A model generated the notes under the pieces. The model ran no database searches. It saw only the letters and a program-made list of their open reading frames with translations, and was not told the origin of the DNA. 64,000 nucleotides of DNA from Paragordius varius. Its lineage: Eukaryota; Animalia; Nematomorpha. The stretch's first letter is position 1; every line of letters starts with the position of its first letter. The stretch spans positions 12,276,001 to 12,340,000 of the forward strand of contig OZ176051.1 of NCBI GenBank assembly GCA_964247055.1. The letters are read 5' to 3'. Shown here piece after piece: positions 14,042-25,020 of this stretch. A program made the translations under genes and the position numbers.

Positions 14042-15005
14042 GATATCACTATGATAACTAAAGTGAGAGTAATGAAATGCATGGTTTTTCAGATAGCAAC
14101 TTATGCTGCAGAAAGTTGGACACTAAAACTGAATGATAAAAAAGGATTGTAGCATTTGAAATGTGATGTTGGAGGAGATTGTTGATATAAGATGGTCTAA
14201 CAAGGTCAAGAATGAAACAATGAGAGAAAAATAAAATATTGAAAGTCACCTAATGGGTGCTATAATTAAAAGAAAGTTCACGTACAATGAGCAAATTTTA
14301 AGGAGTATATCCCTTAAGAATGATTTTTGGGAAAGTTGAAGGGAAAAGAAAAAAAGGAAGACCGATGTTAAGATGGCTGGACACTGTAAAGAAGGAATGT
14401 GGTAGATGTATAAGGGAATCGAATAACATGGAAAAGAGACAAGTAGAGAGAACTGGTCATTTTAATTTCCAAGGGGTCGAATTCGACCTAAGGAATTCCC
14501 TACCTAATTACTCAACTGATTTTAAATTTATTATACAAATAATTTTATTTAATATTTACCAATTATACAAAATCCAATTTTGATAATAATATTTTTTGAC
14601 GGGAATTATATTAAGTTTAAGTAGTTTAACTAAATAATTATTGTTTTTTTTTCATTATATTTGTCTTTTACCAATTTTACAAACGTCTAGTCATCTTATA
14701 TAAAAGATAAGTTCATAAAAATAAATGTAACCTAAAAATTTATTTTATATTTAAGAACAAATTTTCAATGCCGATAAGGCAGTTCATGAAATTATGGATT
14801 AATTTTTTGGTGAGAGATTAATATCACAATGATTGGGTCAATATTAACAAATTATTTTTCCTGTAATGGGCTAAATTAGAAAATCGTTCGCATTTTAAAG
14901 GTAAAATAATTATAGAGAGAACATTAAATAGCTAAATTTTTATTATCATCCTAAACTCCAATTAGGAAAGACATGGAAAAGCCCTTGTAAATTTATATAG
15001 ATATA

Positions 15006-16185
15006 CTAGCGTAAATCTCGTGCTGCTACGCAGCCCGAGGAAGTCCTTCGGACTTCTAGGGGGGGGGGGGGGTTCGAAGTTTGGATTTGAATGGGTCTAC
15101 CGGTTTTCCGGTACCAGATCACAAAGTTACATGAGGAATAAGTTTTTAGCGGGTAGCTCCTTACCCAGCAGCTATCATCAAAAAAACGTCTGACTAAAAT
15201 TTTTCCCTTTTAACAGGGAATACGTGGAATCCTTATTGAATTTTTACAGTTTCATACCTGGGGAAAAAATCCAATCAAAAAAATATTTTTGTGGACTTTG
15301 TTTTTTTTGAAAAAAATGGCATTTTACGGGGGTAGCGGTTAAAAAGAGGGCCTAAATTAAAAAAGTGACTCGACTATGTTCAGCGCGATCGAAAATAAGT
15401 ATACAAAAATCATATTTGAAATTGAATGGTCCAACACGTTTTCCGGAAAATTGTCTCAAAGACACGATTTTTGTGGACTTCAGTTTTAAAAAAAACGTTT
15501 TTCATACGGGGTGGGCCCGAACTAGGGGCCTATTTCAAAAAAAGGGTGAAGCTATTGTCGGGGCATTCATTGATAATTATATTTTTTCGATGTTTGGATT
15601 AGATTGGGTCTACCGGTTTTCCTGTACCAGATTTCAAAGCCAGCATTTTCCATTTTTATAAATATATAGATTACCATAAATAATGTTTTAATATCCATAT
15701 ATCTTTTAACATGCTATACATATGATAGATACTCCTTACTCAGCAGCTATCATCAAAGAAACGCTTGACTAAAATGTTTCCCTTTTAACAGGGAATACGT
15801 GGAATCCCTATTGAATTTTTACAGTTTCATACCTGGGAAAAAATCCAATCAAAAAAATTTTTTTATGGACTTTGTTTTTTTTGAAAAAAATGGCATTTTA
15901 CGGGGGTAGCGGTTAAAAAGAGGGCCTAATTCAAAAAAGTGACTCGACTATGTTCAGCGCGATCGAAAATAAGTAAACTAAAATCATATTTGAAATTGAA
16001 GGGTCCAACACGTTCTCCGGAAAATTGTCTCAACCCGTTTTTCACACGGGGTGGGCCCGAACTGGTAATCTAATTCCAAAAAAGGGCGAAGTTATTGTCG
16101 GGGCATTCATTGATGATTATATTTTTTCGATGTTTGGATTTGATTGGGTTCACCGGTTTTCCGGAAACAGATCACAAAGCCAACA
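15006..16185 (-). mobile_element. Non-autonomous Helitron-like element with internal ~570-bp tandem units (copy 2)
   Basis: CTAG|T terminus (15006-15009) next to the same hairpin (one mismatch). Direct repeat units start near 15315 and 15890. The 5' end is not resolved. Confidence 0.65.
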
Positions 16186-16218
16186 TTTATTATATTAAAA
16201 TTTTTATCACTATAATTA

Positions 16219-16988
16219 CACTAGACAACAAATTTTTCTGCCCCTCGAGTTTTTTGCATTTTCTGATATACTATCATTTTAACAGTAAATATGAATTATA
16301 ATTCCACCTAAGAATTTTGTATAATTTAATTTTTTTTGTTGAAAACATTTATTGCTTTTATGTCACTCAAAACAGCCATTTTTAAGTTTTTTATTTTTAA
16401 TAAATTATTTCATCAATATTAATTTAATTTTCTTTAGAGGCTTATAATTTAAAAATTTTGAAAACAAAGTCTAAGGTATTTTTGATCGTTTATAGCCATT
16501 AAGTATAAATTTACAATTATCTCTACGCATTTTAGTATCCAAATAATTTTCATTAAAAAAGCAAACCAAAAGCCTTTTCAAAGATTTTTTTAAATTAATT
16601 ACTAATGTAACCCTAATATTATTAAATAATCTACATGATTTTTAATTTAGTTTGTCTGTGAAAATTTTTGACTTATTTAAGGGTTAAAAATTTTGACCAT
16701 ATAAAGCCATATAACATTTACAGGTTGAGTTAAATGGCTTACTACCATTCAAAAGATTCAGTTTTTTTCCGCTCTTTCGAATGATATAAAATACCTGGCT
16801 CTACTAAAACTTTAAATTTTGAAAATTTTTAGTTTAATGATATATCGGGGCCAAAAATTTTCAATTAATATTAGTGATAAAAAATTTTCGGTATTAGACT
16901 AAATTTTTTTTAGAACTATTTAAGTGCCTTGATATAACAAATTTTAAATTTACAAGAATGGCAAAAAGTCAAAATTTGTTGTCTAGTG
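16219..16988. mobile_element. MITE with CACTAG termini
   Basis: TIR cactagacaacaaatttt / aaaatttgttgtctagtg; flanks tta and tca. The end resembles that of the 9615 element. Confidence 0.75.
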
Positions 16989-18691
16989 TCATTTTAGCTA
17001 AGAGGCGTTTAATTACTGTAAAAACTATTAAAAATAGTTAACAACACTAAATATTTATGAGAAAAAATTTTTCTTCTACAGAGTTTTGAAGTGGAAACAT
17101 TTTTATCCAATTTAATATTAATATAGGAATAATTATTTTTTGCAAAAAGTGAATCTAATTTTCCATTTTCGGGTACATATAAATATTTATTTCTGAAAAT
17201 GATATATATAAAATTGGCCTGTTATTATTGTTTAAATTTTATATTTTGATGACAGACAAATCATATGTTGATTTATTTCATTTTTTTTAAATCGGTTACA
17301 AAGGCATATTCCTTGAAACTTAATAATTGATAGACAAAAACTTGTGTCAATAAAACTTAGTTTACAATTCATGTTCTGACGTGCTAAACTACCATAAAAG
17401 CGCTATTTTTTATTCTTTTTATGAAGTGTTTGAAATTTTAGGAATCTTTGAGAATATATACACAATTATTTTTAATAAAAAAAATTGGAAAGGGAAATAC
17501 ATAACGGTTGCTTGTTAACATTATGCACCTTTTATTTATTGTTAGTTTTTATAATATTTACAACATTTTGGGTATATGTAGGACAAATAAATGCATTGAT
17601 CCCAACTGTGACAGCTTAACCATTTTTTATAATTTTTTCATTCACTAATAATGCTATTAGAGCTGTTTATAGTTGAGAGATATATTACCTATTGCAGTAG
17701 GTGAATATACCCATAAATAATTCTTTTTTAAGCATTCGCACCTGTTATGGGCAAAATTAAATAATTTTTTCAAGGGCCATGTGTCATAAAAAATTTATAA
17801 CTGTTTTATAATAAATTAGCACATCGATGATCGCATATAATTCGCCGCTAAAAGTGTCATCTGCCATTTAATTTACAAATAAGTAATTTGACAGAAGGTA
17901 GATTTTAATTTGTATTATGATATTTATGAATAAAAGAATGCAACTTGAGGGGCTATGAACATAGATTTTTTCTGCTATGTATGCTTAATCTTGCCATATT
18001 TTTCATTTCTTTTTAACTCCTAAATCTTTACCAGAAAATTGCTTAGAGCCTATCAATTCTATTTTGTAGGGTCTGGGCTGAGTAGAAGGTGCATTTTAAT
18101 AATAACTTTTACATAAAAATTTATTTTATGAAATTGTGTAAATTTAAAAATTCAATATAAATCACAATCTGAATATATTTCGATATAAATTTTATCATTT
18201 TCAGCGGTGTTGGTAATAATGAAACATCATTAATTTTCAAAAATAAATATTGCATGTTTAAACTATCATAAAATTACATTATATTAATAAGCTTTTCCAC
18301 TAATTATTTAATTTTTGAAAAAAAGAACTATCAACAATAAGATTAGTAAATTATATTTGTAAAAAATTACAATGTTCAGACTTTAATATTTATTGATGCA
18401 AATGTATTTATATATATTTTTTGTTGGTCCGGATTTTTTTTTTCAATTTAAGTTGTGTACGCCTGATTTGAATGATAAAGATAAATAATCCATTTTAAGT
18501 TATGTGAATTTTAATTTAATTATGCGATTTTAAATTTATAATTTTTTTTATTAAAATAAAATTGCCAATGAAAATATAATTTAAATTAGTTTTAACACAT
18601 AATATTATAATCCTCATTAATGGAGAAGGCTTAAGATTAGATTAATAATAATTAAAAAACAGTCTTTTTATATATTTTTTGGCATAGCATA

Positions 18692-19011
18692 TCATTTGGC
18701 ACGTCTCGGTATCCGGGTTCGTCTAATACGCGGCGTTCTTCTGCTAATTGTTCGGGGGGTTCTTGATCGCATTCTTGCAGTTCTTGAAGTGAATTTTCTA
18801 GTTACTCTTCTTGTTCTAGCTCTTGTTCTGAAAAACTTAGTGAACCGCGTATTTTTGGTCCGTCTACTTCTTGGCGTTCGCCTACGAGTAAAGCGTCTGG
18901 GCGTTCTTGATCTTCGACGATTTGTTCGAATAGTAGTCCTCCTACTAGCTCTATTAGTACGACCACGTGTGAATAATCTCGTGAAACGTGTTCTTTTAAT
19001 CATCCTCGTGG
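18692..19011 (-). CDS. Gene A exon 4: Arg/Thr-rich cationic tail (105 codons plus stop)
   Basis: Acceptor ttcttttag|CC ACG AGG ATG. Reads (A)TRMIKRTRFTRLFTRGRTNRASRR...TPRIRRTRIPRRAK*, about 42 Arg and no D/E. Homologous to gene C exon 4. Confidence 0.85.
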
Positions 19012-19095
19012 CTAAAAGAATAAATACAGTATAATCTTTAATATTAATATAAATATGTTGACACCACATGAAAAGGGTTACATTTATCTTAAAAC

Positions 19096-19425
19096 CTCTT
19101 GTCACAACAGTAGAAGTAATGGGTGTCATTGCATCTGTGACAGCACTACCTGTAGATTGAGTAGTCTCCAAAGTGGTAATTAACGGAATAATATTAGAAG
19201 CTGGGGAAGTTATGGAAGTAGATGCTGTTGTTATCAAAGTTCTTGATGTTGTAGCTGTGGTAGGCGTAGTTAACCTAATTGTTGTCGTAGGAGTGGTTGG
19301 AGTGGTTGGAGTGGTTGGTGTCGTAGGTGTCGTAGGCGTTGTGGGTGTCGTAGGTGTCGTGGGTGTCGTAGGCGTTGTGGGTGTTGTAGGCGTTGTGGGT
19401 GTCGTAGGTGTAGTTGAATTTCCAC
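19096..19425 (-). CDS. Gene A exon 3: Thr/Pro mucin-like stalk, about 14 PTT triplets
   Basis: Acceptor catag|GT GGA AAT TCA ACT; donor ACA AGA G|gtttta. 330 nt, phase 1-1, open frame, NST sequon at the start. An 84-nt intron follows. Confidence 0.85.
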
Positions 19426-20269
19426 CTATGCATATGTAAAGTTAATATTATCACTTACACAGTAAACAAAATCCAGAGCGGGATGGAGGGGGGGCAAATT
19501 ATAATGAAATATATATAAATATAAGTATTCAATATTATCTTAGCGTTTTTGGGCCATACGACTGATAGAAAAAAAATTTAATACTTCCTTTGTGTTAATT
19601 GCTGCATAAATATCGCAAAATTTATCACATTTATCATAAACATAATCTCAAGTTATAATTTAGTACTGATTTATCACAGGCCCGAGTATGCGATTACTAT
19701 TGTTTAAACCTCCAATATAAAATCCCTTTCATGTTAAGTCCATTTTATTATATAGATTTATATATAATATCCAATTACAGGTTGTAATATCTTAGTTCAA
19801 ATAGCAAAACAAATGGTTTAGCGGGCCGAAACAATTGGCATTCGCATATATGGGCATTGACAAATATTTTGTTAAAAACTGTAAACTAGTATTTATATTA
19901 AATATCTTTGTTGGTTCATTGCCGAGGAAGTTTAAGAAAATCAATTTTACTTAGGTTTTCTAAAGCGTCTTAATTTAACAAAACCGCTATCCCGCCTTCC
20001 ACTAGAGACAACTAATGTAGAGAGTGAAGTGTTAATCAGAAAAAAGACTTATCCGTGGCGAAAATATAAAAATAAATAGGAAAATACTAAAAGTAGCTAC
20101 CAAAAATGAAAAAACTCTGAAAAGAGGTTAATAAAAGCTTTTTTTGACAAATCATTAGTCACATTGCGAATCGAAATTTAGAAATATTAGCAAAGAATTA
20201 GAAAATTCTTATGGGCCTCTATATTTCAGAACAGGCAAATGTATTAAAAAGATTACACGTATGATATGG

Positions 20270-20520
20270 ATAGTAATAGTATGAAGGAAAAAGCAAATGA
20301 ATTGATTTGGCCGCGTATAAATAACTACACCGAGGAATGGGTTAAATCTTGCCAAAATTGCCAACTCAAACCGCCCCAATATCAACCCAAGCATTTTAAT
20401 GGAGTTAAAATAGAATTTGGGTATACTGCATTTAGGTATCGTATTACTCGTCGGCGACTGATATTGGATCGTTGTAATAGATATCTATACCTGATGTATT
20501 TAGGTAAAATAACGAAAACG
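20270..20520 (+). mobile_element. Gypsy integrase zinc-binding remnant in gene A intron 2
   Basis: MKEKANELIWPRINNYTEEWVKSCQNCQL matches the pattern MK..AR..VWWP.I..DIE..VK.C..CQ of Gypsy integrase H2C2 regions. Confidence 0.6.
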
Positions 20521-22199
20521 GTAACTTCTTTATTGTCAATTTTTCAGAAAAAGGGTTCGTACATTTCGAGTTTCCAACAAAACAATAGATAATGCGTCTG
20601 GGAGAATCGAACTTATGTAGTATTTAGGACACAAAAATTTGTCTCTAAAACTCCATCCTAATACAACATAGCCAGATGCTGAGACAGCCCATGCCAAATC
20701 TTCAGATGTCAGTAGCGAGTACCGTTTGGAAAAACCGGTTACAGCGCAAGGGACGAAGGAAATAAAAGAACAAGAGCAAAGGTACCCAACACGAATGCGA
20801 AGGCCTCGCCATAAATTCAGAGAGGAGATGATGATAGAATATGCAAAGTATATATATATATATATATGCAATGATAATGCCGTTTCGATTTGTTCGCATG
20901 AAAAATATTTATACTTTCATAATATTATATTGTATAAATTGCACACTGTGAACATGCAAACAATGTATGGATATATATGCAAATGTGTTTCAACATTCAA
21001 GTATAGTACAAGATAATGATATTTTAGTTGTTTAATAAATTCACTCTTTTTACTTCTCAGTTTAGAATCTAATGAATTATTTATGAATGCCCATATATAT
21101 TTCAAAGCGGCCGTCGTTTTTTGAGTTGAAGCTGTTGCCCGCGAGCCATTATTGAGGGACAACTTTTTGTTTAAAAGAAATGAATGACGGTTTTTTGGAA
21201 GTATATTAAATTTGATAAAATACCAGGTGCATAAGTTATTACGGTTTAACTAAGAGATGACGTCATGGAAAGGATGCAAACGATTATTTTAAAATAGCCC
21301 GCATTGTATCTGATAGTTAACCAAAAAATTAGCTTGTTATATTCAATAAACGTGTCGAATTTTGTGCCTAAAAACATTTATGGCAGGCATTGTCATCAGT
21401 AGAATAAAGCTTTTAAAAGTTTTTGTTTGCGGGTATAAACATATGGTGATGCTTTCGATTACACATGTGAAACATGATTTCGAAATATTAACAGTTGTGA
21501 GTGCGGGACCTCTGGTGGACAATACTAGGAAGCGACTATATTGCAGGAATTATGGGACGGTGACCCAGGTCCAATTTAACAAAAAATGGCAGACGCATTA
21601 CATATATGCTAGTAGTAGTTGTTTTGGAGCAATGTGAAACATTCGAATGATATCAAATTGAAAATCGCAAAGCTTGTGAAATCCTGTCCAACGTCATGAA
21701 AATTTTTTATTATTGTATCGAATTAGGATGGGTGTTGTAAATCCAAAGGGGAAAAATTGAGGCTTTCATCTTGTCAAGCCGTTCTTTATACAATCAGGTA
21801 AAATCACTTCAGCAAGAAAAGCAAGCTCTATATATGCGAAACTAAACTAGGGCAGTTTGGTATATCAACTTTTAAGGTCATCTGAAGTTAATATATAACA
21901 CTATCACTAACATAGCCAATTAAAACATGAATAGAAAACAACCGCAATGACCAGAAAGCATGACAAAACGATTTTGCTACATTTCAATACTTTGTTTTGC
22001 TGACAATTAGTGAAAGATACCTTGAAAGCGCTTCTATGGGAATTTTTTACGACCTGTTGTACTCTAATCGGCACACCCTCGCCGAGCAGCTTTTCAATAA
22101 TTAAGAAGACGTTGGAAAATTGGTTTTCCGCAAAAGTAAATCAATATTAGTAATTAATTAAAAAAATTATTTTAATATATATCATAAAAATATTTTGTG

Positions 22200-23600
22200 T
22201 TTTAAGTATGTTAACGAAAAACATTTTTTTATAATCTAAATTCTAATGAAAACCCTAATTATATAATTTTAGGCTATTTATTAATTGTAAATATCTGAAA
22301 AAATGATGATAACTCTTAACATATCAAGTTTTATTATATTATTTTTTTAATTATCCATAATTTTCACTTTTTTCCCAATTTCGATTTTTCCTCAGTCGTC
22401 AACAAATTAAATTTTTTGCAGCAAATAAATTAGTTGTTTAGAACCTATCGCATGAAAAAAAAATTTTGTTAAATTTTTTTTGCAAATGTTAGCTCATAGG
22501 TAAAAAAAGGGGAATCCGATAAATTTATCCATAATGTTTTACTATAATTTTAAATATTTTGATTATTTATTTATATTTTGGGAATTTACCGCGATCCAAG
22601 TGTAGGTACAAATAGATTATTCTGAGAAAAATATGAAATTTTTATTATACTATCCTAAGTTAAAAAACACAATATGAAAAACAATTCTTATGAAAATTAT
22701 TTTACAACGGCTTCTACACATTTGGCTCATTCCTTATAACATTCTTATTTAGAGTAAAAATAGCTTATATATCAAAATAAAATTGAAAAAATATTGTTTT
22801 TTATTTTTTCACCTTTTGTCATCCGGTTTATGAGTCTATAATAAATTTACTGCTTTATTTAATTTACATGAGCCGGATATACAATGTATATAGTTTATTA
22901 ACTAATGGAATATCGGACAAGAAATTAACATAAATAACTATAAAACCGAAAATCCATATAAACGCCAGTAATATATTAATTTGTCTTAAAACGAACTTGT
23001 TACTGGGATTTGTACGGATTTTCGGTTGATATTCTACTACTTGTAAATCCTATCTTGCATTAAAATATACACTTTGTAAATCCTGGTCATGTAGAATTCA
23101 AAAATAAAATAATAAATTTATTATAGACTCATAAACCAGATGATAAAATGAAAAAATAAAAAATAATATTATATTAATTTATTTGGATAAATAATTTATT
23201 TTAATAAATTAAGAATAAGATTTTAATATGAGTTAAGCTAATAAATATTTTTAAAAAATATTTTAATATATTTTTAAAAAGAATTTTTACGATAGGTATG
23301 TTTACGAAAAAACATGATTTTTTAATCTGAAATTTTATGAAAACCCTAATATAATTTTAGGCCTTTTATAAATTGTAAATATCTGTAGAATGATAATAAA
23401 TCTTAATATATTAAGTTATATCATTATTTTTTAATATCCTTAATTATCCAATTTTCACTTTTTGCCCAATTTCGATTTTCTTCTAATATTTCAAAAACCA
23501 GGTTGCCAACAAATTAATTATCCGGCAAATGAATTTATGTAAGCTATCTCATGAAAAAAAATTTTTTGTTAAAAAAATTGATCCTCTTTTTTTGCACGTG
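22200..23600. repeat. Fragments of the palindromic MITE family seen intact at 47461-48625
   Basis: Direct duplicate blocks (aaaccctaat...ttttcactttt..ccaatttcgatttt) at ~22240-22400 and ~23340-23480. Inverted pair atgagtctat/atagactcat at ~22830/23125. Confidence 0.6.
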
Positions 23601-24487
23601 TAATATATAGATTATTTTATTTTACCAAATAATTCAATATAAATGTTCTTAATCTATATTTATGTAAATAATTATGTCTTTTCTTTAGCGTTAAAGGTAG
23701 ATATATATACATAAAAGTCAAGGTGGTAAATATATTTTAATCGAATACGAGAAAAAAATATTATTAATATATTTAATGATGATACAACAAATTAGAGTCA
23801 TTCTATTTTGAAAAATTGAATAATAAATTAAACAATAAACCTTATTTTAAAAAATAAAAGCATATCGGAACCAGTTATCTTGGAAATGAGATCGGAACCG
23901 TGCCGGTTCCTAACAATTTAAAAATGGAAGGGTGGATCCTTAGTAAATGGAACCAAAACCTGATCTGGTTTCAACCTAACGGAACGGTTCTCGAAATATC
24001 TTCAGGTACAAAGCCCTGTGTTTAACATACCATTAGTTCTAATTTTAAATAGTCACGTATAAACGTAGTAGCAGTCACGGTCAAAAATGCATTCACAAAT
24101 CATTTAGACCCCGCCCTACTTTATATATTGCCAAGTGCATTATTTAAGAGTTTTTTTGGGTTCGAATTTTTATTTTAACTAATTATAATATCAATAATTT
24201 ATCATGTTTATTAAATAATTTTGGGCCTTATCCTTGTGTTTATTAACGTAGTACATTGATTAATTTTGCTTCTAGACCATACATATATTTATCAGCTATG
24301 ATATCTTGCCAAATCTTTTGAAGGTTGGACTAAATTGCAATATGTATACGTATCGAAGAAGCGGGAACTGCTAATAGGTCTATCACAGAAATGCGGTTGA
24401 GGTTTTTATTTTATAGCATGGCCTCATAATTTCTCTATTTTATTCCCATAATTTATAATAATTGATATAATGTTGAGTGAACAATAC

Positions 24488-24646
24488 CTTCGCAAGTATA
24501 ACATCCAGTTGCAGCAATAATTCTGTAAACGAAACCAGGGGGACAACGAGGTCCACCGCAATAAGCTACTACAAAGCATGAACAATCGCATTTTGCAATT
24601 AAAAAGGTATCACAATAATTTGTGCATGTTCTTGTACATTGAAGCG
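24488..24646 (-). CDS. Gene A exon 2: 10-Cys domain
   Basis: Acceptor ttattttag|CG CTT CAA TGT; donor GAA G|gtattg. Reads (T)LQCTRTCTNYCDTFLIAKCDCSCFVVAYCGGPRCPPGFVYRIIAATGCYTCE; Cys spacing is identical in all three copies. Confidence 0.9.
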
Positions 24647-24790
24647 CTAAAATAAATTTATAATAAGGATATTTCGAAACCCTTAAAATGGGATTTTTTA
24701 TATAAATTATATGATGTCAAAATGTCTAAAAATTAATTGATCATAATGGTTAAAATAATAGTTATACAAATAGCAACAATACAAATTTAC

Positions 24791-24878
24791 TTTTTCTCCC
24801 AAACATAGAACCATATTCATTGGTATCCACTGGCAAATTATAACATAGAAATAATAAAAAATATTGTTTAAAAATCAT
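24791..24878 (-). CDS. Gene A exon 1: putative signal peptide and short propeptide
   Basis: MIFKQYFLLFLCYNLPVDTNEYGSMFGRK, then A|gtaaat (phase 1). Same frame and donor position as gene C exon 1. Confidence 0.8.
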
Positions 24879-25011
24879 TTAATAAAAACTTTAATATAAT
24901 AAATTGTGAATTTTATTATGATAGTATCAGGCAATTACATTTGGCACAATGGCCGTCTTTAATAATTTATATTCGGTTAATCAGATATTGTTATCTTATG
25001 AAAATGACAAA

Positions 25012-25020
25012 CCAAGGTCA
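25012..25020 (+). promoter_or_regulatory. CCAAGGTCA extended nuclear-receptor half-site upstream of gene A
   Basis: Matches YCAAGGTCA (FTZ-F1/NR5A, ERR-type consensus) and has the same orientation relative to the gene in all three copies. Confidence 0.45.

Larger units (their letters stand above)
9430..14510 (+). mobile_element. RTE/BovB-like LINE copy A, split into three pieces (9430-9614, 10742-12282, 14042-14510)
   Basis: APE C-terminal motifs (NTWYKH, NQIDY, SDHQL) and RT motifs (PVIKKGN..CEKYRNIAIISHASKILLKII, GVRQG, NNLR.DDT), plus an RTE C-terminus (AESWTL, CWRRLL, GRP.LRWLD). Colinear with copy B at 29452-31615. Confidence 0.9.

Noticed and set aside
13706-16301. Several similar short ORFs (MNGPTR..., GARTGGLFQKKGEAIVG...)
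   Set aside because: They arise from the tandem units of the Helitron-like element, and frames are not preserved between units.
18696-19034. Leu/Val/Arg-rich ORFs 18696-19034 (+) and 59367-59681 (-)
   Set aside because: Antisense shadows of the Arg/Thr-rich exon 4.
18692-19237. 181-aa ORF as a single-exon gene
   Set aside because: It reads through the 84-nt intron 3 (GFKINVTLF...VFILL). Gene C has a 2.4-kb intron at the same position with the same flanking codons. Intron retention remains formally possible since 84 is a multiple of 3.
19173-19439. Plus-strand (GVV)n ORF, and the similar minus-strand ORF 56552-56818
   Set aside because: Antisense shadows of the Thr/Pro mucin exons. Splice sites and paralogue conservation support the opposite strand.
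21300-22140. Moderately GC-rich stretch in gene A intron 2, including a 14-mer shared with position ~1540
   Set aside because: No recognisable motif or consistent frame, and a single 14-mer match is expected by chance in 64 kb.
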